A stretch of DNA of 62,925 nt, the filler included, from Reticulomyxa filosa (taxonomy: Eukaryota; Protista; Foraminifera): assembly GCA_000512085.1 (NCBI GenBank). It is 18 parts of 18 records of this genome, joined end to end, with 100 filler letters (N's around TTAATTAATTAA, not from the genome) between each part and the next. Parts side by side here need not be neighbours in the genome. Positions count along the whole stretch, not along the records: positions 58,941 to 62,925 come from ASPP01012797.1; 17 more parts are not named here. One strand, 5' to 3'. The position numbers were made by a program, and so were the translations under genes. The notes beneath the pieces were generated by a model. That model was not told where the DNA came from. It made no database searches and saw only the letters and a program-made list of their open reading frames with translations. Below are positions 62,919-62,925 of the stretch, one piece after another (within the stretch, counting starts at the first letter, position 1; every line of letters begins with the position of its first letter).

Positions 62919-62925
62919 TTTTTTC

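Noticed and set aside
1-62925. Gene neighbourhood as a multi-gene system (e.g. reductase + globin + OsmC redox cluster)
   Set aside because: The genes lie on different contigs and even come from different organisms, so adjacency is an artefact.

Overview
This window is not one locus. It is 18 separate contigs joined by 17 artificial 100-bp spacers (N44-TTAATTAATTAA-N44, stops in all six frames), so adjacency across spacers means nothing. Seventeen contigs come from an AT-rich eukaryote with short GT-AG introns, (AAT)n/poly-Asn tracts and homopolymer indel errors. The style suggests a rhizarian/foraminiferan such as Reticulomyxa filosa (inference, not verified). One contig (55830-56895) is GC-rich bacterial DNA, probably Neisseriales/Chromobacteriaceae-like, with an OsmC-family gene, tsaD and a structured repeat. 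Recognisable eukaryotic genes are a ferric reductase/NOX-family flavocytochrome, an FN3-SPRY protein, a Ras GTPase with an extra N-terminal KHA/DCX-like domain, a twin-CX9C (Cmc1-like) protein, a SAM protein, an amino-acid transporter, a GT92 glycosyltransferase, an inward-rectifier K+ channel, an HDHD2-like HAD phosphatase, an SGNH/PC-esterase-like protein, a giant tropomodulin-LRR protein, a bacterial-type GH13, a bacterial-type cupin, a tandem-globin protein, a USP-like protease, a PT-repeat secreted protein, a TPR protein and an RGS fragment. There are also decayed Tc1-like and LINE-like elements. No multi-gene novel system can be supported. The best novelty leads are single-gene architectures (KHA/DCX-Ras fusion, tandem globin, giant tropomodulin-like protein, intron-containing bacterial-type genes) and self-complementary introns. 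All family assignments come from recognising motifs by eye; no searches were run.
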